From the IMG/VR virus record IMGVR_UViG_3300044949_001773, positions 67,810 to 131,809 of that record: a stretch of DNA of 64,000 nt. One strand, 5' to 3'. Positions 9,778-20,458 of the stretch are shown here, piece after piece. The position numbers were made by a program, and so were the translations under genes. The first letter of the stretch is position 1. Each line of letters starts with the position of its first letter. Under the pieces are notes generated by a model, which was not told the origin of the DNA, did no database searches, and saw only the letters and a program-made list of their open reading frames with translations. Source of the DNA: a virus.

Positions 9778-9841
9778 GCGATACGTAAGTATCAGTGACC
9801 CAAAATGTGTGACTTCAAAACCTCCTTCTGGAGGTTTTGTT
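9778..9841 (+). ncRNA. Candidate ~62-nt small RNA
   Basis: Lies between a consensus promoter and a terminator; 5' hairpin GATAC-GTAA-GTATC (GNRA loop, 9780-9793), 22-nt unpaired linker, 3' terminator hairpin; no plausible ORF inside. Confidence 0.55.
9816..9841 (+). terminator. Intrinsic terminator
   Basis: CAAAACCTCC-TTCT-GGAGGTTTTG inverted repeat followed by TTGT. Confidence 0.75.
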
Positions 9842-9846
9842 GTATG

Positions 9847-9853
9847 ATAAATA
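9847..9853 (+). promoter_or_regulatory. Late promoter ATAAATA
   Basis: Immediately after the terminator, upstream of ATG 9884. The same motif recurs upstream of genes at 18864, 20413, 29044, 32397, 38407, 54944, 56106, 58004, 58351, 58700, 59932 and 63015. Confidence 0.7.
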
Positions 9854-9883
9854 AATTATAAGAAACCGTATAAGTGCAATAAA

Positions 9884-12800
9884 ATGGGTCTCAGTCGTCT
9901 AGAGAATTTTTTGCGTTCCGTAAGAGGAAATATAATCTATGTTGATCCAAATTCATTAGATTCAACAGATTCAATAGAAAATACTGGAACAGCATTAACA
10001 AGACCTTTTAAATCTATCCAAAGAGCTCTTATTGAAGCAGCTAGATTTTCATACTTACCAGGTCCAAACAATGATAGATTTGGGGAAACCACAATTCTTG
10101 TCTATCCAGGAGATCATTTAATTGATAATAGACCTGGTTGGATTCCAGATGGTGAAGGAACCTTTAGATTAAGAAATGGTCAAATTTCTTCAGACTTTAC
10201 TGCCTTTGACCTAAGAACTAATTTTAATGTAACGACTGACAATAACGCACTTTACAAAATGAACTCCATTCATGGTGGAGTAATTGTTCCCAGAGGAACA
10301 TCTATTGTTGGTATAGATCTCCGTAAGACAAAAATTAGACCGAAGTACGTACCAAATCCAAAAAATTCAAATATTGAAAGATCGGCAATATTTAGATTAA
10401 CTGGCGGATGTTATCTATCTCAATTTTCAATATTTGATAGTGATATTAATGGACAATCATTTATAGATTATACTGGCAATAAGTATACTCCAAACTTTTC
10501 ACATCATAAACTGACATGTTTTGAATATGCTGATGGTTACAATAAGATTGATATTAACGATGATTTCCAAATATATTCTACTGATAGAACAGATTTAGAT
10601 GTATATTATGAAAAATTGAGTCTTGCTTATGGACCAAGCGCAAGAGAAATACTTCCAGATTATCCAGATGATGTGGATATTGAAACAAAAATTGATGAAT
10701 ATAGAATTGTAGGCTCTAGAGGAGAAGAAGTAGGAATAAGTAGTATCTTCTCTGGAGATGGAGTTACGGCAAATAAAACCATTACGGTATTCCTTGAAAG
10801 TGAAGTAGAAGGATTGGCTGTAGATACTCCAATAAGAATTGATGGAGCTGTAGTGGAAGGTTATGATGGTCAATATATTGTTAAAAATGTAGTAAGTCCA
10901 ACACAAATTCAATTTGAAACTACTGTCATCCCAACAGGTCCTGATGGAGGAACGGGTGGTACATTAAGTATTGTTTCTGATACTGTAACTTCAGCATCTC
11001 CATATATCTTTAATTGTTCCTTGAGATCTGTATATGGAATGTGCGGATTACATGCTGATGGAGATTCTGTTGAAGGTTTTAGAAGTATTGTAGTAGCTCA
11101 GTTTACTGGAATCTCACTACAGAAAGATAATGATGCTTTTGTAAAATATGATCCTCAGTCTGGTAAATATTTGGATTCTGAAGATGTTCCGAATATTTAC
11201 TCAGATTCTCTTGGAAGATATAAACCAGAATACGAGAACTATCATATTAAAGCAAGTAATAATGCATTTATTCAGTGCGTATCTATCTTTGCGATTGGGT
11301 TTGCTCAGCAGTTTGAAGCAGCAAGTGGTGGAGATCAATCAATAACAAACTCAAATTCAAACTTTGGTGCAAAGGCATTATTATCTCGTGGATTTAGAAA
11401 AGATAAATTTATTAGAGATGATCTTGGTTACATTACTCATATAATTCCAGCAAAACAAAATATTTCCGATACTATTAATATTGAATATTTGGGATATGAT
11501 GCCGCAAAAACTGTTTCTGTTGGGTCAACAACAAGATTATATTTATACAATCAGACTGATGAATCATCTCCCCCAGAACATATAATCAACGGTTTCAGAA
11601 TAGGGGCAAAAAAAGATGATGTTTTATATTTGCCATTTTCTTCAGGCATATATAGTGCTCCTATTATTATGGGAGAAAATTATCAATTCGCTTATGAAAA
11701 ATCTTATAAGGTTGCAAAGCAAATTGACGGGATAACTAATTCAATTTCATCAAATATTATATCATTACAAACATCTCACCAGCTCCAAGATGGAGAGTCT
11801 GTAAGATTGATAAGTGACACTGGAGAACTTCCAGATAAGGTAGAATCTAATAGAGTTTACTATGCGATTACTTCTGGATTATCCGCAAATCAACTCAAAA
11901 TAGCAAGCTCATTTAATGATGCTATTAGTAATAATAGTGTTGATATTTACAGTAATGAGGCATCAAATATTAAAGTAGTAAGCAGAGTTTCTGATAAAAA
12001 ATCAGGTGATGTCGGACATCCTGTACAATATGATGATGTAGAGGGTCAGTGGTATATAACTGCCAAACTCCCAAGTGCTTTCTTAACAGCACTTGGACTT
12101 TTGAATCTTGATCCAGAATCAACTACTTTATCTACTGGTCAAAGAACATACATTCAAAGACTCGTTGACAGTAGAGCATTAGAAGATAAACTTTATAAAA
12201 TTAGATATGTAATACCAAAAAATACGGATGTAAAGTCTAGAACCCCTCTTGACGGTTATATCATACAATCATCCACTTCAATTCCAGAAAGTGATGCTGA
12301 GGTAAGCTATCAGTATGGATTATCTACAGTAAAAACTTTAGATGCAGAAAATCAACTTAGAAGCACACGATTTATATCAAATGCTTCTTGGGATGGAACT
12401 TCAGCAACTATAACGACTGAACTTCCTCATAGATTAAGTATTGGTTCTCAAGTTGATATTTTAAATATTTTAAGCACATCCAATGTTTCCGGAACTTACA
12501 ATTCCGGATATAATGGTCTGTATACAGTTACTCAAATTACAAGTTCTAGATCATTTAAATACACTTTATCTTCAGATCCAGGAACCTTCTTAGATAACAC
12601 TTCAACAAGAACCAGAGCATTACCTCGCTTTGATCGCAAACAATATGATGGAACATATTTCATCTATAAGTCTCAAGAACTTCAAGAATATGTTCATCAA
12701 AAACAAGATGGCATTTATTATTTGACCGTATTGAGTTCTTCAACAACTCCAAATGTAGATCCATTTACTAATTTCAAATTATCTCAACCGATTAAAAATT

Positions 12801-15346
12801 TATATCCAGAAATTGATAGAGATAATTTAAATTCGGATCCAGATCCAACTGAATGTTTTGCCCTCCCGGATCCAATTGGGCAAGTAGTTGTAAATAATCC
12901 AGAGAAAAGTATTACAAAAGAATCAATAAATGATATACTAATTGAGAATTCGGTAGGATTTGGAGTTACTTATATTAGTACTACTAGCGGATTTACGCAC
13001 ATGATTTTTACAAATATAGATCATGGACTGAATCCAATCACTAGTCTAACAATTTCAAATTCCGGAAATGCTTATGGCACAATTTCTGGATCAATACAAA
13101 CATTATATAATGCCGATCTAACTGGTGGTTCTGGAGAAGGTGCTTCTGCTGTAGTAAAGACTAATACTTCTGGATCAATTACAGAAATTGAAATTATGAG
13201 CGGTGGTAGCGGTTATGTTGTGGGAGATGTTTTAACAGTTACTGGGGTGGCCACAACAACCGGACATTCTCCAGCAACGGTAACAGTAAATTCAATCTAC
13301 AATCATGTAGGTGAAATTTTACAAATATCCGGCGTAGGTGAAGATTATGAACAATATAATACTCTTTATAGAATACTTAGTGTAGATGGAAGTAAAAAAG
13401 TAACAGCAGAAAGTGCTACAAATATTTCTCATTCATCAGTATCTCAGGAAAAACTTACAAATTCAAATTGCCATTTAACTGGAGGTCTCCATATTAATGG
13501 AGGTGGTGTAAATGGAGGATTTCAAGTATATTATAATGCTTTAGTGGAAACTGATGGCATTCAAACGTTCCTTAAAGTTGTTCTTTATAATACACAAAGA
13601 CCTAAACAACTAAAAGTTGGTCAGAAAATAATTTTAAAGACATTAGCAAACGCCTCAAGGGAATTTGTTATTACTGGATTGGCGAGATATGCTAATAAAG
13701 ATGGTTTTACAATAGAAGCGGTTGATAATACTCCAAATCTAGCTTTTCTTGGTTCAAATCCAAGAACATTCCCATATGGCCATTACTCATCATCCTACGG
13801 AAACAATACAGAGGACAATGAAAATAGAGTAGTTACAAAGTATGGTGGAGTCATGTCTACATTGACATCTACAATTACTAACACAACTACAACTATAGGA
13901 ATTAGCAATCTAAGTTCATTAGGGCTTAAGATCGGAGATTATCTTGAAATAAACAATGAAATTGTAAGAATATCAAGATCTGTTTCTGGTTCTTCTATTC
14001 AAGCATTCCGAGGATTATTGGGAACCCAAAGTAGGTCTCATGGAACTGGCTCTTATGTTAAAAAGATAATTATTACTCCAATAGAATTTAGAAGAAATTC
14101 TATTCTAAGAGCTTCTGGACATACGTTTGAATATGTTGGATTTGGACCAGGAAACTATTCAAATTCATTACCGGAAAGACAAGATAGACAAATAAGCGAA
14201 GAAGAAGAAATTATTTCACAGTCATTAAAAATTGATGGGGGAGTTACTGTTTATACTGGAATGAATAATGATGGTGATTTTTATATTGGAAATAAAATTA
14301 TAAATTCCTCTACTGGTAATGAAAGCGTATTTGATTCTCCGATTCCATCATTAAGAGGTGATAAGACGGATAATAAATTTAATAATATTATAAACACAGA
14401 AAAAGCCAATATTACAGATTCTATTAAAGTTGAGGGCGGTCCAGATGGAACTTCAATTTCCGAATTTAATAGTCCAGTAATATTCAATAACAGATTAACT
14501 TCAAATTCTGGATTTGGAATTGAAAGTAATTCAATTTATATTCAAGGTAATGAAACCGTCTCTAGAAAATATACAGTTACTAGTTCAGAACCTACAATAA
14601 TAGGAAACGTAGGTGATGTTGAGTATTATTCAAGACCAGAAGATGGGGAATTCAGTGGGTGGATTTACACTAGAAATAATGCTTGGAGAAAATATGGACC
14701 AGTCCAAAATGCGGATGGAGCGTATGAAGGAACTTGGAATGGAACATTTGAAGGTACATTTTATGGAGATGCTTCCGGATTAACTGGACTAGATTCTGCA
14801 TGGAAGAGAACAAGTGCTGGCATACATACATCAGTGAATGTCGGTATTGGTACAGAACAGGCAAGTAGTATTCATAAACTTGAAGTTAATGGATCCACTA
14901 ACATTAAAGGAGTATTAAATGTTGGAGAAATTATAGAACGAGTTACAATTGATTCTTCAACCGAACTTGGAAATCCATTATCACCAACAACAAATATTAA
15001 TCTTGGAGATAATAATGTATATTATTTTACTCGTTCCGCAACGCAAAATTGGGGTATAAATTTTAGATCAAGCGCTTCTCAATCTTTAGATCAATTTATG
15101 AGTGTTGGTCAAACATTGACAGTTGCAATAATGACAACGCAAGGAGCAAATGCTTATTATAATAATACTACTTCAATTGATGGAGCAGCAATCACAGTAT
15201 TTGAGTATGGCGATTTGGAAATTATAGAAGGAAACCCTGATGGTATTGATATGTACACTTATGTCATTATTAAAAAATCTAATACTGGTTCAATACCTAA
15301 CAAATTCACAGTATTAAGATCATTATCCCAATATAAACAGCAGTAG
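9884..15346 (+). CDS. Large virion structural protein with pectin-lyase-like beta-helix (tailspike-like)
   Basis: 1820 aa; IYVDP...PFKSIQRA...PGDH start of beta-helix; ITNSNSNFG and SGHTFEYVG...VYTGMNNDGDFYIG motifs shared with three other fibres in the window. Confidence 0.7.
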   Translation: MGLSRLENFLRSVRGNIIYVDPNSLDSTDSIENTGTALTRPFKSIQRALIEAARFSYLPGPNNDRFGETTILVYPGDHLIDNRPGWIPDGEGTFRLRNGQISSDFTAFDLRTNFNVTTDNNALYKMNSIHGGVIVPRGTSIVGIDLRKTKIRPKYVPNPKNSNIERSAIFRLTGGCYLSQFSIFDSDINGQSFIDYTGNKYTPNFSHHKLTCFEYADGYNKIDINDDFQIYSTDRTDLDVYYEKLSLAYGPSAREILPDYPDDVDIETKIDEYRIVGSRGEEVGISSIFSGDGVTANKTITVFLESEVEGLAVDTPIRIDGAVVEGYDGQYIVKNVVSPTQIQFETTVIPTGPDGGTGGTLSIVSDTVTSASPYIFNCSLRSVYGMCGLHADGDSVEGFRSIVVAQFTGISLQKDNDAFVKYDPQSGKYLDSEDVPNIYSDSLGRYKPEYENYHIKASNNAFIQCVSIFAIGFAQQFEAASGGDQSITNSNSNFGAKALLSRGFRKDKFIRDDLGYITHIIPAKQNISDTINIEYLGYDAAKTVSVGSTTRLYLYNQTDESSPPEHIINGFRIGAKKDDVLYLPFSSGIYSAPIIMGENYQFAYEKSYKVAKQIDGITNSISSNIISLQTSHQLQDGESVRLISDTGELPDKVESNRVYYAITSGLSANQLKIASSFNDAISNNSVDIYSNEASNIKVVSRVSDKKSGDVGHPVQYDDVEGQWYITAKLPSAFLTALGLLNLDPESTTLSTGQRTYIQRLVDSRALEDKLYKIRYVIPKNTDVKSRTPLDGYIIQSSTSIPESDAEVSYQYGLSTVKTLDAENQLRSTRFISNASWDGTSATITTELPHRLSIGSQVDILNILSTSNVSGTYNSGYNGLYTVTQITSSRSFKYTLSSDPGTFLDNTSTRTRALPRFDRKQYDGTYFIYKSQELQEYVHQKQDGIYYLTVLSSSTTPNVDPFTNFKLSQPIKNLYPEIDRDNLNSDPDPTECFALPDPIGQVVVNNPEKSITKESINDILIENSVGFGVTYISTTSGFTHMIFTNIDHGLNPITSLTISNSGNAYGTISGSIQTLYNADLTGGSGEGASAVVKTNTSGSITEIEIMSGGSGYVVGDVLTVTGVATTTGHSPATVTVNSIYNHVGEILQISGVGEDYEQYNTLYRILSVDGSKKVTAESATNISHSSVSQEKLTNSNCHLTGGLHINGGGVNGGFQVYYNALVETDGIQTFLKVVLYNTQRPKQLKVGQKIILKTLANASREFVITGLARYANKDGFTIEAVDNTPNLAFLGSNPRTFPYGHYSSSYGNNTEDNENRVVTKYGGVMSTLTSTITNTTTTIGISNLSSLGLKIGDYLEINNEIVRISRSVSGSSIQAFRGLLGTQSRSHGTGSYVKKIIITPIEFRRNSILRASGHTFEYVGFGPGNYSNSLPERQDRQISEEEEIISQSLKIDGGVTVYTGMNNDGDFYIGNKIINSSTGNESVFDSPIPSLRGDKTDNKFNNIINTEKANITDSIKVEGGPDGTSISEFNSPVIFNNRLTSNSGFGIESNSIYIQGNETVSRKYTVTSSEPTIIGNVGDVEYYSRPEDGEFSGWIYTRNNAWRKYGPVQNADGAYEGTWNGTFEGTFYGDASGLTGLDSAWKRTSAGIHTSVNVGIGTEQASSIHKLEVNGSTNIKGVLNVGEIIERVTIDSSTELGNPLSPTTNINLGDNNVYYFTRSATQNWGINFRSSASQSLDQFMSVGQTLTVAIMTTQGANAYYNNTTSIDGAAITVFEYGDLEIIEGNPDGIDMYTYVIIKKSNTGSIPNKFTVLRSLSQYKQQ

Positions 15347-15355
15347 TAAAGAACC

Positions 15356-18300
15356 ATGCCATTACTCGGAGCTATTGGTAACGCCTCAAAACATTCTTTT
15401 AGGGGTAATTATGATAATTATCCATTTGATATAGATTTTGGCGATTTAGTTAATGTACAACCTGGAAAAATCTATAAAACTTCTTTTAAATTAATTGAAG
15501 ACATTAATTATAAAGTTCCATTAACTATAAGTGGTGATGGTGAATATTATATTGGAGATTCTAGTTTTAGTAAAACTTTTGATAACTCCATCACTTCATT
15601 TGACCAAACTCCAACAACATTTGATGCGGATTTTCCTGAACTTGACTATAGCACTCAACCAACATATGTTAGAAATGGTGACATAGTTTCTTTGAGAGTA
15701 ATTGGTATACCTCCGGTAAAGGTTGAAGAATCTACTTTTTTTGTTGATAGAAATTCTAATGAAATTGAAATTTCTTTATTAAATCCGATTAATTTTGTAT
15801 TAAGATCAGGAAATTATTCCTTTAATCCAAATGGCCAAGCTATAATTGAAGATAAGCAATCGCAACAAGAAAATTATATACCTCCAGAGTATTATGGGAA
15901 AACATATACTACAAATGTGACTATAGGAAAAAAAGAATTTGTTTGGAAAGTTACAACACAAAATGCGTCATTGGCTCAAAACTTTTCTTTCCCACCATTG
16001 ACAAATGTGTTTACTAATACAAGTGTTATTAGTGAACCTTACATTGTAACTGGGTTAAGTGAAAACTTTAACTATGAGGCAGATATAATTACGACAACTG
16101 GAAATGGAACATTAAGTGTAAATTATGGGCCGTTTCTGAAAAAAGTTTCAGTAAAAAATGGAGATAATCTAAGAGTAAGAGCCACATCTTCTACAGATAC
16201 GGATACAGAACTTAGTATTGGAGTTAGAATATCTTTAAATCAAACAACATCTCAGTCAATTACATATTGGTCAGTAAAAACATTAGATAATGTCCCTTCA
16301 AATTTAAATACTTTACAAAATGCTACAAATTGCGAGTTAGAAACTGGCATCTTTAGCAATAAAATAACAATTTCTGGCCTAAGTCCAAATATTGATTTTA
16401 ATATTTCTATTACAAATGGAGATGGTTTATTATCAGTAAATGATCGCCAATATACAAAATCTGATAAGATAAGAAACGGAAATACATTACAATTATTTAC
16501 AAGATCTTCATATATTTGGGAAGATGAAAAGGAAATCACTGTAACTATTGAAAATACATCTCATACTTGGAAAGTGACAAATAGAACGATTAGAGTAAAC
16601 AAAGATCTTTATGCTAGCTTTCTTTGTTTCGCTTTACCTTTAGAATATTATAGTGCTTTAGATTATGAATCTGGAAAAAATAGAATTCCTGATGATGTTA
16701 CTGAGGAGATTAAATTCCTTAGCACCGGTAGATCCGAAACAACAGAACCGCCATCTATAATAACAGGTTCAAACACCTATCAATCGTTTCAAAATGAAAT
16801 ACCTTTAGAATCTAGGATAAGTAAGTATTATACTCATTCATATCAACTTGAGAAAGAAGCTACACAAACCAAAAAAACAAATGAATTAAGTTACTTTAAT
16901 TTAAAAACAAAACCTTATTATGCTTTAAGAGCAAATGATTTTACTCTGCAGTTTTGGTTTAGAACGTCTGGTTTTGATTTTAATGGAACTCCTGGATTAT
17001 CAATTATACGTCCCCAATACTTTGAATCTAAAGATCAGGACAAATATGTTCCTATAGTATATTTAAAGGGCGATAATTGGCAAAATTCCAATGGATTTAA
17101 AAGGGGACTTTTATTTGGTTATGTAGATCAACAAACAGGTCAATCAAAAACAATAGTAGAAACTAATGAGCAAGTTTTCCGAGAAAATGTTTGGCATCAT
17201 GTTGCTGTTGTTAAGTCCTCCGGACTGTATATAATTTTAATTGATGGAGTTCGTAGAGCATCGGCCACACTTACAACTCAAATTGATTTTACTGGATATA
17301 TTTACGATTTCTTCAGAACTGATGGACTGGTAAAGCTTTATAATCAAAACACTTATTTTCAAGATTTTAGATTATATAATAATGCATATGTTCTTGGGTT
17401 AAATTCTATTAATGAATTTAAAAGATATGACCCAACATCTATTGTTCCAATATTAGAAAGATATAAAGACTCAGCAGAGGATATAAATCCACTTTCTGAT
17501 TTGTATTATGACAGTCAAGGAAGAGCCTTAATTTTCTCAACAAATACAGCATTAAAAGATCCGAGAACTTTATCAAAAACTACTAGTAAAGTCCTTCCCG
17601 GAACTGATAGTTGTATTGATGACGTAAGATGGAAACAAATTTTAGCACTTGTTGAAAATGATACAAGCACTACTGGTTATAGATTAGCAATTCAAAGTAA
17701 TAATCTAACATTTATTGCTAAAGCTACTGATAGAAATCTTTATAAGTTGATAAAATCTAATAGATTTACTTTAAGAGAAAGTCTCACTGAGTGGACCGAT
17801 TTTTATACTGCTTCTAATTCTTCATTTAAAATAGATGTAAAAGGTTCTGATGGATCATTCACAACTATAGATTTTAATAATCTATCATCGTATAGTAATT
17901 TTAAAACTGGAGTTGAATATACACTAACTTCTTATACCGATATTCCTACTAGATTATATGCTGTAGGTGGTGGAGGTGGATCTTCAACTACTAAAGGAGC
18001 TCGTGGAGGTTCTGGAGGATTTGCTCAAGGTGATTTCACATTTGTGGCCGGAAAGAGTTACAAATTAAAAGTAGGTGGAGGAGGGTTCAGAGTATTTCAG
18101 GGAAGCGGATCTTTCACTGCAAGTGGTGGATATAATGGTGGTGGCTTTGGCGGTAATAGATCTGGTTCTGGTGGTGGTTATACCGGTATCTTTGACGAAT
18201 CAATTACTCATGAAAATGCAATATTGATTGCTGGAGGAGGGGGAGGAGGCTCCGATGATCCAGCAACTGGAGGATCTGGTGGTGGCGAAAGCGGAGGAAA

Positions 18301-18853
18301 TGGGTCAAATTATTATAGTAGGAGAGGCGGTTCTGGAGGAACTCAAACAGCGGGAGGAGCTGGTTTCCAATCAGGTGAAAAATTAAATGGTGGTGATGGA
18401 AGTAGTCAAGGAGGTGCTGGAGGTGGAGGTGGGTATTATGGAGGAGGATCTGGACTTTCTTTCTTTAGCGTATTTGCGTATGGCGCTGGTGGCGGAGGAT
18501 CTGGATATCTACATCCGACATTAATTACAAATGGATCTTATAATAGCACTGGTGTAGTTTCTGGAGGATCTGCTGGAGAATATTCTAATGGAGGATCGGG
18601 AACATTTAAAATTGAATTAAAATCTTCTATAATCAGTTCATCATTCCTAATTTTATCATGGGACGAAAATGAAGGATTTAATGGAACTGGATTAGATTAT
18701 TCTGGATTAAGTTGGAGAAGTGATCTTGGAGGATTTGGATATTATTTAGATTCCACTAATAAACCATTTGAAAGTAGTAAGCTTACATATTCCATTACAT
18801 ATCCCACCGCAAAATGGTGGATTCTACCACCAGGAGTTCCAGACTTTTCATAA
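15356..18853 (+). CDS. Virion protein with Ig-like repeats, LamG/ConA-like lectin domain and glycine-rich domain
   Basis: Repeated V(R/K)NGD.L...W.VTT units; DFTLQFWF...WHHVAVVK LamG signature; C-terminal GGGGGYYGGG/GGGGSGY glycine-rich domain. Confidence 0.7.
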   Translation: MPLLGAIGNASKHSFRGNYDNYPFDIDFGDLVNVQPGKIYKTSFKLIEDINYKVPLTISGDGEYYIGDSSFSKTFDNSITSFDQTPTTFDADFPELDYSTQPTYVRNGDIVSLRVIGIPPVKVEESTFFVDRNSNEIEISLLNPINFVLRSGNYSFNPNGQAIIEDKQSQQENYIPPEYYGKTYTTNVTIGKKEFVWKVTTQNASLAQNFSFPPLTNVFTNTSVISEPYIVTGLSENFNYEADIITTTGNGTLSVNYGPFLKKVSVKNGDNLRVRATSSTDTDTELSIGVRISLNQTTSQSITYWSVKTLDNVPSNLNTLQNATNCELETGIFSNKITISGLSPNIDFNISITNGDGLLSVNDRQYTKSDKIRNGNTLQLFTRSSYIWEDEKEITVTIENTSHTWKVTNRTIRVNKDLYASFLCFALPLEYYSALDYESGKNRIPDDVTEEIKFLSTGRSETTEPPSIITGSNTYQSFQNEIPLESRISKYYTHSYQLEKEATQTKKTNELSYFNLKTKPYYALRANDFTLQFWFRTSGFDFNGTPGLSIIRPQYFESKDQDKYVPIVYLKGDNWQNSNGFKRGLLFGYVDQQTGQSKTIVETNEQVFRENVWHHVAVVKSSGLYIILIDGVRRASATLTTQIDFTGYIYDFFRTDGLVKLYNQNTYFQDFRLYNNAYVLGLNSINEFKRYDPTSIVPILERYKDSAEDINPLSDLYYDSQGRALIFSTNTALKDPRTLSKTTSKVLPGTDSCIDDVRWKQILALVENDTSTTGYRLAIQSNNLTFIAKATDRNLYKLIKSNRFTLRESLTEWTDFYTASNSSFKIDVKGSDGSFTTIDFNNLSSYSNFKTGVEYTLTSYTDIPTRLYAVGGGGGSSTTKGARGGSGGFAQGDFTFVAGKSYKLKVGGGGFRVFQGSGSFTASGGYNGGGFGGNRSGSGGGYTGIFDESITHENAILIAGGGGGGSDDPATGGSGGGESGGNGSNYYSRRGGSGGTQTAGGAGFQSGEKLNGGDGSSQGGAGGGGGYYGGGSGLSFFSVFAYGAGGGGSGYLHPTLITNGSYNSTGVVSGGSAGEYSNGGSGTFKIELKSSIISSSFLILSWDENEGFNGTGLDYSGLSWRSDLGGFGYYLDSTNKPFESSKLTYSITYPTAKWWILPPGVPDFS

Positions 18854-18885
18854 CAAACTATTCATAAATAAAATAAAACTCTAAA

Positions 18886-19359
18886 ATGGCAGATAGATAT
18901 CCTCTTATATTTGATCCAGGTGATAATAAATTTAAAGAACTTCCTACTGGAGATAATCTAAATCTTCAAGGAAATGGTATTATTAATGCGTCATCAATTA
19001 GTTCTACTGGATTTATTACTGGAAAGAGAAGATTCCCAGTTTATAATAATACAGTAACCGAAACTAATGTTACATTGACACTTTCTGATTTAAACATGGT
19101 ATTGTTACTTAGAACAAATGTTCCAAGAATTATTAACTTACCATCAACTACAGGATTACAAATTGGAGATTGGATTAAAATCGTTGATATAGGTTCTTCA
19201 GATACTAATAGAGGAAATTCATATAAACAAAATATAACCATTGTTCCTAACGGAGCAAGAGTTCAAGGAGATCCAGATTCTCTTATAGTTGATATTGACG
19301 GACACTCAATAACATTAATGTGGTGTGGTGAAACATATAATTGGCGTATAGTAGATTAA
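18886..19359 (+). CDS. Fibre adaptor protein (paralog of the 7140..7697 C-domain)
   Basis: INLP...IGDWIKIVD...NITIVPNG...D.LIVD...WRI motif. Confidence 0.6.
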   Translation: MADRYPLIFDPGDNKFKELPTGDNLNLQGNGIINASSISSTGFITGKRRFPVYNNTVTETNVTLTLSDLNMVLLLRTNVPRIINLPSTTGLQIGDWIKIVDIGSSDTNRGNSYKQNITIVPNGARVQGDPDSLIVDIDGHSITLMWCGETYNWRIVD

Positions 19360-19377
19360 TTTAAAAGGAAACATACA

Positions 19378-20406
19378 ATGACTTTAAGACTTTCTCAAAT
19401 AAAAGATAGTAGTGAAATAGTAGATTCAACTATCACTATAAAACTTTCTGATTATGGAACAATATCCGATTTAGGTACACATCAATCAGCCGTAAACAAT
19501 GCGGATATCTTTAAAATTGCTTATCAAGATATTTTAAGTAAAAGATTTGGAATGTTTAACGCAGCAGTATGCTACTTAGAATGTCCTCCAGGTGATTATT
19601 ATTTTGGAGACAATCCAAGTGGAGATTCAAATTATTATACTATGATGTTGAATCATCCGCAAGCCGCAAATATATCAATACGAGGAATCACTTCTGGAAC
19701 AAAACCATCAAATAGTGCTTTGTCTTCAGCATCAACGGTTAATGATAGATACAATTTATTAAAAGCATATTACAAAACAAGATTTCATTTTAAAAGAAAT
19801 GGAATTCTTGGGGGGTTGAGTAATACTACTGGGGCAAGGGCACCTGGTCTTCATAAAATAGGTGTATTTGGAAGTTATAAAGATGCTCCAGGATCTTTTG
19901 ATACGACATATACTGGATTTGCTAGAGGAATAACTGGAAGTATAAGACTTGAATATTGTTGCGTTCATGGTTTTGGTATTAATGGAAATGGTAATAGTTG
20001 GGGTCTCGGTACAGATGGTGGTGGAAAAATAGATACATATGATATTCAAGTTGTAGATTGTGCAAGAGGATTTTTTGCTCAACGTAATGGAACGATAAAT
20101 TCATTTGGAGATGCCTGTAGCATTCATAATATAGCAGGTACATCTGGTCAAGGATTACTAGCAATGGACAGTGCTTCAATATATTTTGCTGGAGGAGGAA
20201 CTGGATATGTGGCAAATTGTTCCAATACCGGAGTTATAGCATATTCTGGAGGAATAATTAGGTTTGGGAATGGGGGAACTCATACAGTTACTTCAACTGT
20301 TAAAGAAAATTTATATGCCGATACATTAGGGTTAATTGTTGGCGATGCAACTACAGTTTCCTACAGTACAAAATTCTCTCAACGCGGCGCAAGAATTGAA
20401 GTATAA
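19378..20406 (+). CDS. Putative receptor-binding protein with parallel beta-helix
   Basis: PPGDYYF motif followed by Gly/Asn/Cys ladder-type repeats; AAAGGA RBS. Confidence 0.55.
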   Translation: MTLRLSQIKDSSEIVDSTITIKLSDYGTISDLGTHQSAVNNADIFKIAYQDILSKRFGMFNAAVCYLECPPGDYYFGDNPSGDSNYYTMMLNHPQAANISIRGITSGTKPSNSALSSASTVNDRYNLLKAYYKTRFHFKRNGILGGLSNTTGARAPGLHKIGVFGSYKDAPGSFDTTYTGFARGITGSIRLEYCCVHGFGINGNGNSWGLGTDGGGKIDTYDIQVVDCARGFFAQRNGTINSFGDACSIHNIAGTSGQGLLAMDSASIYFAGGGTGYVANCSNTGVIAYSGGIIRFGNGGTHTVTSTVKENLYADTLGLIVGDATTVSYSTKFSQRGARIEV

Positions 20407-20458
20407 ACTATAATAAATAAAACTAAAGGGAGGGATAGTGAACTCCTAAGGAGAAGAA

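Noticed and set aside
9805-9861. 18-aa micro-ORF MCDFKTSFWRFCCMINKL
   Set aside because: No RBS, and it runs through the terminator and late promoter
9177-9883. tRNA genes
   Set aside because: No cloverleaf, T-loop GTTC motif with matching stems, or CCA end found by eye; tRNAscan-SE would confirm
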